A stretch of 64,000 nucleotides of DNA from Macrostomum lignano. Taxonomy: Eukaryota. The notes below the pieces were generated by a model that did no database searches, had not been told where the DNA came from, and was given only the letters and a program-made list of their open reading frames with translations. The stretch lies in contig NIVC01002944.1 in assembly GCA_002269645.1 (NCBI GenBank), forward strand, positions 1-64,000. Reading direction: 5' to 3'. This document shows, one piece after another, positions 43,545-64,000 of this stretch. The first letter of the stretch is position 1, and each line of letters begins with the position of its first letter. The position numbers and the translations under genes were made by a program.

Positions 43545-43685
43545 CCTGCGCCACCCTGACTACCCTGGCGGCCACCCTGACTACCCTGGCGCCACCCTGA
43601 CTACCCTGGCGCCACCCTGACTACCCTGGCGCCACCCTGACTACCCTGGTGCCACTCTGACCACCCTGGTGTCACTCTGACTACT
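43545..43685. repeat. 20-bp repeat
   Basis: Unit CCCTGACTACCCTGGCGCCA. Confidence 0.88.
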
Positions 43686-44227
43686 AGGCCAACTTCATTG
43701 TCTAACCAATCTGAATGCAGAGGATTATTAACAGCGGGATGAGCGAGTCTTGGGGGGGCCTTCAACATTTTCCCGAGCGCGACCCTCCCGCAGTCATTAA
43801 AAATTCCGTGTCGTACCGGCCGCTCCCTTTGTGACTCGAATTGACTCGGCCAGGCCATGCGGAATGGCGCGGATAACAAAAGGTAATTAGAGGCGAATTG
43901 GGAGGCTGGGCCGCTGCCTTCCTGGCCCTCGAGGGCTGCTCGGAGATCGAGAAGGCCTGGCAGCCCAGCCTCCGCACGCAACTCCAGCTTCTCAGCTTCA
44001 TCTGTTTGACTGGAAATGAGACTGCAGAATCTTTTGAACTGCTTGATATGCCAATCTGGTTTTTAGATTTTGCTAACAAAGCTAAAGAAAATATTAACCA
44101 TCATTCTAATTGCCGCCGTGCCGTGTGGAGGCGAGCCATGGCGCTTCGGCTTGTTGCAAATCTGCTTGTCTTCTCGGTTGGATGGAGAGGCATCAGCTTC
44201 CAGCTCCCTTGGCAGCTGCCTCATCCC

Positions 44228-44570
44228 CTCACCGCGCCCCTTCCCTCTCCTTGCGGCACCCCTTCCCTCTCCTTACCGCGCCCCTTCCCTCTCCTTGCGG
44301 CGCCCCTTCCCTCTCCTCACCGCGCCCCTTCCCTCTCCCTGCGGCGCCCCTTCCCTCTCCTCACCGCGCCCCTTCCCTCTCCCTGCGGCGCCCCTTCCCT
44401 CTCCCTGCGGCGCCCCTTCCCTCTCCCTGCGGCGCCCCTTCCCTCTCCCTGCGGCGCCCCTTCCCTCTCCCTGCGGCGCCCCTTCCCTCTCCCTGCGGCG
44501 CCCCTTCCCTCTCCTTACCGCGCCCCTTCCCTCTCCTCACCGCGCCCCTTCCCTCTCCCTGCGGCGCCCC
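44228..44570. repeat. 22-bp C-rich minisatellite
   Basis: Unit GCGCCCCTTCCCTCTCCCTGCG. Confidence 0.92.
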
Positions 44571-45522
44571 TCATCTCTCAACCGCTCGCTGGGCCCTCTC
44601 CACACGGGACCAGCGCAGTTCCTATCAATTCTTCAGAGGCAAACAAAGCCGCTGCCGCCACCGCCCACTTTCTTTAATTCCTTTGGCTTTCCCGCCTCCG
44701 CCCTGCAGTCTCTCGGGCTCTCGGATTTCGCTGCACGGCTGATGCGCGGGCAGCCGCTGGGATCAATCAGCGGGCGCCAGCCGGAATCTGGCACAGCTCA
44801 GCACAGCTCAGCTCAGCTCGGCTGTCACTTGAGACTCCCGGCGGTAACTTTTCCTCTTCAAGCAGCAAGTGTCGCGCGGTGTCGAGTAGCTTGAAAATCT
44901 CCCAAAAAGAAGAAACAGAGAAGTGAGCAGGGGGGGGGGGTAAAAGGAGTGCCGAAGATCGGCAGGGATCAGCCCTTCAATCAACTCCGCTACGGCCCGA
45001 GCTCCATCTGCCTATAGAATTTCCTCAGCCCCGACACCCTGCTAGAAGTGTCGGCTCTCACCAGGCACTCAACAGCGAAACAGATGAAAGGAAACAAGCG
45101 ATGAGGCGCTCCCAGCCTCCAGTTGCCACGCCCGAGCGAGCATGGATAGCGGAGCAATTTTTCATTGCAATTTTTTAGTTTGTTTTCGCATTCGAGCCTC
45201 AGCCAGTCACCCTCCCGGCTGGCAAGTGTGGAACAGGTGGCGGAGCGCATCTCGGGGCCCTTCAAACCGGCAGATCGCTATCGCTAAAAATTTTGCAGAT
45301 TTTTTAAATTGTTAAAATCTCAGCAAACTGAACAATGGGAGCCCCCGGATTGCTGCATCAAGTGAATTACTTTGCTCCGAGGATGAGTGCGCTGAGCAGC
45401 GCCCGCATCTGATGCGGAAAATTTTTCATTCTTTGTCTGACAGCCTCCCGCCCCGCAATTTCATCGCGTCAATGACGGCTCGGCGCTCAATAGCGAGTCA
45501 AGCCTTTGCTCACAGCGATGGC

Positions 45523-46513
45523 AGACTATGGCAGTTTGTCCTCTGGTCTGAGCTAAGAATATGGCAGTTTGTTCTCTGGTCTGAGCTGAGACTATGGCAG
45601 TTTGTCCTCTGGTCTGAGCTGAGACTATGGCAGTTTGTCTTCTGGTCTGAACTGAGACTATGGCAGTTTGTTCTCTGGTCTGAGCTGAGACTATGGCAGT
45701 TTGTCTTCTGGTCTGAACTGAGACTATGGCAGTTTGTCCTCTGGTCTGTGCTGAGACTATGGCAGTCTGTCTTCTAGTCTGAGCTGAGACTATGGCAGTT
45801 TGTCCTCTGGTCTGAGCTGAGACTATGGCAGTTTGTCCTCTGGTCTAAACTAAGACTATGGCAGTTTGTCTTCTGGTCTGAGCTGAGACTATGGCAGTTT
45901 GTCCTCTGGTCTAAGCTAAGACTATGGCAGTTTGTCTTCTAGTCTGAGCTGAGATTATGGCAGTCTGTTTTCTAGTCTGAGCTGAGACTATGGCAGTTTG
46001 TCCTCTGGTCTGAGCTGAGACTATGGCAGTTTGTCCTCTGGTCTGTGCTGAGACTATGGCAGTCTGTCTTCTAGTCTATGCTGAGACTATGGCAGTTTGT
46101 CCTCTGGTCTGTGCTGAGACTATGGCAGTCTGTCTTCTAGTCTGAGCTGAGACTATGACAGTCTGTCTTCTAGTCTGAGCTAAGACTATGGCAGTTTGTC
46201 CTCTGGTCTGAGCTAAGACTATGGCAGTTTGTCCTCTGGTCTGAGCTGAGACTATGGCAGTTTGTCCTCTGGTCTGAGCTGAGACTATGGCAGTTTGTCC
46301 TCTGGTCTGAGCTAAGACTATGGCAGTTTGTCCTCTGGTCTGAGCTGAGACTATGGCAGTTTGTCCTCTGGTCTGAGCTAAGACTATGGCAGTTTGTCTT
46401 CTGGTCTGAGCTAAGACTATGGCAGTTTGTCCTCTGGTCTGAGCTGAGACTATGGCAGTTTGTCCTCTGGTCTGAGCTGAGACTATGGCAGTTTGTCCTC
46501 TGGTCTGAGCTGA
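45523..46513. repeat. 33-bp minisatellite (~30 copies)
   Basis: Unit GAGACTATGGCAGTTTGTCCTCTGGTCTGAGCT. Confidence 0.95.
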
Positions 46514-47979
46514 GGCAGCGTCACTGCTCTCTCCATCCCAGTGCACTGGCAGACCTGCGATGGCTGCATCAGCCCCAGCAGATGCTGCGCTCCGTCACTT
46601 CTAATCGGTTAGTCACCTCACACTGGGAGTCGAAATTAGGAGATTTATGACCCCAGCTCAACAGACGACCGTCCCCAGAAACCGTTCTCAGCACGGTTGG
46701 CCCCCTGGGTGCAGCTCGGCCTGGGCACCGGCCTGGCCGCTCTCATTGGTCCCGGCTGGCCAGGGGCGGGGAGGCGATGAGGTGGCTGTCGGGTTGTCCC
46801 GGCCCGAAACTCGTGTCTGAGCTGCTGCCCCCTCCGCCCCAAGCCAGAAGTCTTCATAAAGCTGCAGCAGCAGTGGCTCAACAGTTTGCCGTCGCGTCCT
46901 CAACTTTGCAGTTTCTGTTCTCCCGACGATCTTCTCTCTACACTTCTGCCAAACTCTCGGCTCAAGGCGCAAGGTGAGTGAGCAGGGTGAGTGGTTTCCT
47001 CATTAGCTGAACACGTGTTGCGCGAGACTCTTTGATCCCCGGGCCTGAATTTGATGGGCGGGGCTCCCAGCGGGCCGCAAACTTGGAGAAGGAGGGCATC
47101 CGCGGAGCCTGGGAGACAAGGCAGGACGAGTTTGAAGATGGGAGTGGGAAAGAGTTTGAAGCCAAGATGAAGAGGCTTCTGGGATCTTGGCATTGTACAG
47201 GGGGGAATATTACTGGGATCAAATTACCTCCTTTCAGAAAGAAAAAACCCTGCCAGCCCGAGCTGCCCTCCCCCGTCTCTGGGAGGAGTTTGTTGAAGGG
47301 GCTGAAACAACTTTCTCCCGCGGGTGGGGATCAACTTTTCCACTCCAGCGATGCCTGCATCCCAAACACAGCAGCTGCAGGTCGCCTCCCATTTGTTGTC
47401 AGTCTGCATTTATCCAGCAACTCCAGCGTCTCCTTCTCCCCTGAGCCGCTCCCCCGTAGCTCAGGAAATTTCCCAGCCCAGAAGCAATTCTGCTGAGTGG
47501 GAGCTCGCGATCCAGCAGTTATTACCTGTGCAAAATCTTGTTACAGTTTTGACAGCAGAAAGGTAGGGAATGAGGATAAGTTGCAGGCTCTGCTCCATCA
47601 ATTTTTTTCATTTCTTCTCAAACTTTCCTCTGTCACGGGCTCGAAGGAAATGGAAAGGAGAGGGGGAAGTGGAGGGGTAGGGACTGCAGGGCGCAGGAAG
47701 CTGGAGAGGAAGACCCTGTTTCCGCCGGGAGAGAAGGGATCTAGGAGACAAGGAGACCTGTATGCGCCTCAGAAGAGGCTGGGAAAGGTGAAACGCGAAG
47801 CGGATGAGGCAGCGGCCGAGAAGCCATGAGCAGATTTCGTGCAGTGCCATCGCTCATAAATCAGCGGCCGGCCCGACCGTTGACTTGGCCGGCCGAAGTT
47901 GCTCAGATCCCCTTCGTTTTAACTTATCCTTCATCTGTTCCCCTGTCTCCCGCTGTCTTTCAGTTCATTCGGAGCAAAA

Positions 47980-61144
<13,165 letters not shown>

Positions 61145-61384
61145 GCAGCCCGGGACTGCCCAGCACTCACTCATATTCTCACGCTGTGTTTCTCTATTCG
61201 CTTGTCTGCCTACCCTGTCGTGTCCGTGCCGTGTTCTGTGCTTTGCGCAGGCGGGCTGTCCGAACATTTCCGGCTTTTCTCTGTGTATAAAAAAACCGCC
61301 CGCCGGCCAGCCCGCCGTCTCTCCAGCTTCATCAATTAGTCTGAGTTCCCAGAGTTCATCGCCTGCCACTTGTACACCGCGGCT

Positions 61385-62152
61385 GTCTTCGACTGCCTGC
61401 CCTCAAATGTCTGTCCTCGACTGTCTGTCCTCAACTGCCTGTCCTCGACTGCCTGTCCTCAAATGTCTGTCCTCAAATGTCTGTCCTCGACTGACTGTCC
61501 TCGACTGTCTGTCCTCGACTGTCTGTCCTCAACTACCTGTCCTCGACTGTCTGTCCTCAAATGTCTGTCCTCCACTTTCTGTCCTCGACTGTCTGTCCTC
61601 GACTGTCTGTCCTCAACTGCCTGTCCTCGACTGTCTGTCCTCGACTGTCTGTCCTCGACTGTCTGTCCTCGACTGTCTGTCCTCAACTGCCTGTCCTCGA
61701 CTGTCTGTCCTCAAATGTCTGTCCTCCACTTTCTGTCCTCGACTGTCTGTCCTCGACTGTCTGTCCTCAACTGCCTGTCCTCGACTGTCTGTCCTCGACT
61801 GTCTGTCCTCGACTGTCTGTCCTCGACTGTCTGTCCTCGACTGTCTGTCCTCGACTGTCTGTCCTCAACTGCCTGTCCTCGACTGTCTGTCCTCGACTGT
61901 CTGTCCTCGACTGTCTGTCCTCGACTGTCTGTCCTCGACTGTCTGTCCTCGACTGTCTTTCCTCAAATGTCTGTCCTCGACTGTCTGTCCTCGACTGTCT
62001 GTCCTCGACTGTCTGTCCTCGACTGTCTGTCCTCGACTGCCTGTCCTCGACTGTCTGTCCTCGACTGCCTGTCCTCGACTGTCTGTCCTCGACTGTCTGT
62101 CCTCAACTGCCTGTCCCCAACTGCCTGTCCTCGACTGTCTGTCCTCAAATGT
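61385..62152. repeat. 14-bp minisatellite downstream of the MYT1 stop
   Basis: Unit GACTGTCTGTCCTC. Confidence 0.93.
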
Positions 62153-62744
62153 ATGTCCCGTGCCAATCCGTTGAGTTTCTTCTCCTCATCACAGATGCTT
62201 GAGCTGAGCAGAACAGCAGGCACTGCTTCAAAAAAATCAGGCAAATTTGGACCCTGTTGATGTCCTCTGTTATTACTTATCTATTCGCGAACCTGAATAA
62301 GACTAAATTTTTGTGAAATTTATTGATTATTAATTTTGTCCGACACCATAAATGACTATAAAACCGATTACAGTTTCTGATGCCTGCAAATACACCGCAC
62401 CCCTTCGCTATTAAACTCCTCAGCTTTTGCATAAACTTCTTAGCAATAGGATTAAACTGTTTTATGCTTTTCAGTCTGCATCGTATGAAGGATATATCTT
62501 GGCAACAACCAGAGTACCGTCTCAACGGACTACTCAAAGTAGTGCTGCAGCTGCAGCGGAAAGCTTGTTATTGAACATTATATGTATGCATCGAGAGGGT
62601 CAAAGTTGTCGACAAATTTAGCACCTTGGCAGTCTTAAATTGTCTTTAATATTTGTTTGCGTGCGATAAACACACCTCATAAATAAAGACTAGTCCAGAT
62701 CTACCGACTAGTTGGATTCCCATTATACTCATAGCTACACATGA

Positions 62745-63482
62745 CTTCCCCATTAGCTAGATTCCCCATCCATCCGCCAGATTACCCATAAGCTAGAATC
62801 CCCAGTAGCTAGATTCCCCCCATTAGCTAGATTCCCCCCATTAGCTAGATTCCCCCCATTATCTAGATTCCCCCATTAGCTAGATTCCCCCCATTAGCTA
62901 GATTCCCCATTAGCTAGATTCCCCCCATTAGCTAGATTCCCCATTAGCTAGATTCCCCCCATTAGCTAGATTCCCCCCATTAGCTAGATTCCCCCATTAG
63001 CTAGATTCCCCCATTAGCTAGATTCCCACCATTATCTAGATTCCCCCCATTATCTAGATTCCCCCCATTAGCTAGATTCCCCCATTATCTAGATTCCCCC
63101 ATTAGCTAGATTTCCCATTAGCTAGATTCCCCCATTAGCTAGATTCCCCCCATTAGCTAGATTCCCCCATTAGCTAGATTTCCCATTAGCTAGATTCCCC
63201 CCATTAGCTAGATTCCCCCCATTAGCTAGATTCCCCCCATTAGCTAGATTCCCCCCATTAGCTAGATTCCCCCCATTAGCTAGATTCCCCATTAGCTAGA
63301 TTCCCCCCATTAGCTAGATTCCCCCCATTAGCTAGATTCCCCCCATTAGCTAGATTCCCCCATTAGCTAGATTTCCCATTAGCTAGATTCCCCCCATTAG
63401 CTAGATTCCCCCATTAGCTAGATTCCCCCATTAGCTAGATTCCCCCCATTAGCTAGATTCCCCCCATTAGCTAGATTCCCAG
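62745..63482. repeat. ~17-20-bp minisatellite with a variable C run
   Basis: Unit (C)nATTAGCTAGATT. Confidence 0.93.
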
Positions 63483-64000
63483 TTAGTCAGCTGAAATTCG
63501 ACAAGATTATACCAGATTATGCTACATTATCTAAAAATCGCATACTCTCATATCAAGATACCCCGGTATCTTCCCTACAATCTTTAATCTTACTGATGCT
63601 CCATATACTACTTATCCGGCAGCTGTCAGTAGCCAACAGCGCACTGGAGCTAAAAACTCGCTCAAAAAGCGGAGCTGGCAGACTGCCAATCGCGTCAAAG
63701 CCAACAGAGGACAGCGAGCGATCGCAGCAACAGCAGACTGTTGCCATGACGACGAGCTGATTCTCTTCCCTCTAAGGAATTCCAGCTCAGCCGCGGCTAA
63801 GAGAACAGTTGTCTGGGGGGATGGATTTGTCATGGAGATGTCTGGCCCAGATGCTGCGGAACTGGCCCGCCCCCGCAGAGCACAAGAGTAAAGAGTTGGG
63901 ATATCAAAGCTTTGCGGGGCTGCGAGACTTTGGCAGAGTCATTTCTGCTTCATGCTCAGCTCAGACAGACTTCTCGTAAAATACTCCCTTTCCTCTGTCA

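Overview
Eukaryotic (metazoan) genomic DNA with GC-rich exons and GT-AG introns. The style resembles a free-living flatworm such as Macrostomum, but that is inference and cannot be confirmed from the sequence. I reconstructed seven protein-coding genes by hand, all on the + strand: IFT57; an RMDN-family protein with no visible first exon; a LITAF-domain protein; SPG7/paraplegin with an intact AAA module but a degenerate HExxH protease motif; a NUDT8-like Nudix CoA diphosphatase; ANKRD27/VARP with a 1-nt frameshift; and a MYT1-family CCHHC zinc-finger factor. Also present: an intronic tRNA-Leu(CAG), two internally deleted copies of one Tc1 (DD34E) element flanking IFT57, small MITE-like elements and a three-copy dispersed repeat. 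The dominant unusual feature is about 30 unrelated tandem arrays (mostly 14-44 bp units). They fill most introns and several gene flanks and often abut splice sites. One array duplicates the exon/intron junction 12 times, and several carry transcription-factor consensus motifs (RFX X-box, AP-1, GATA). No CRISPR or prokaryotic system is present. Most long ORFs in the supplied track are repeat or antisense artefacts.
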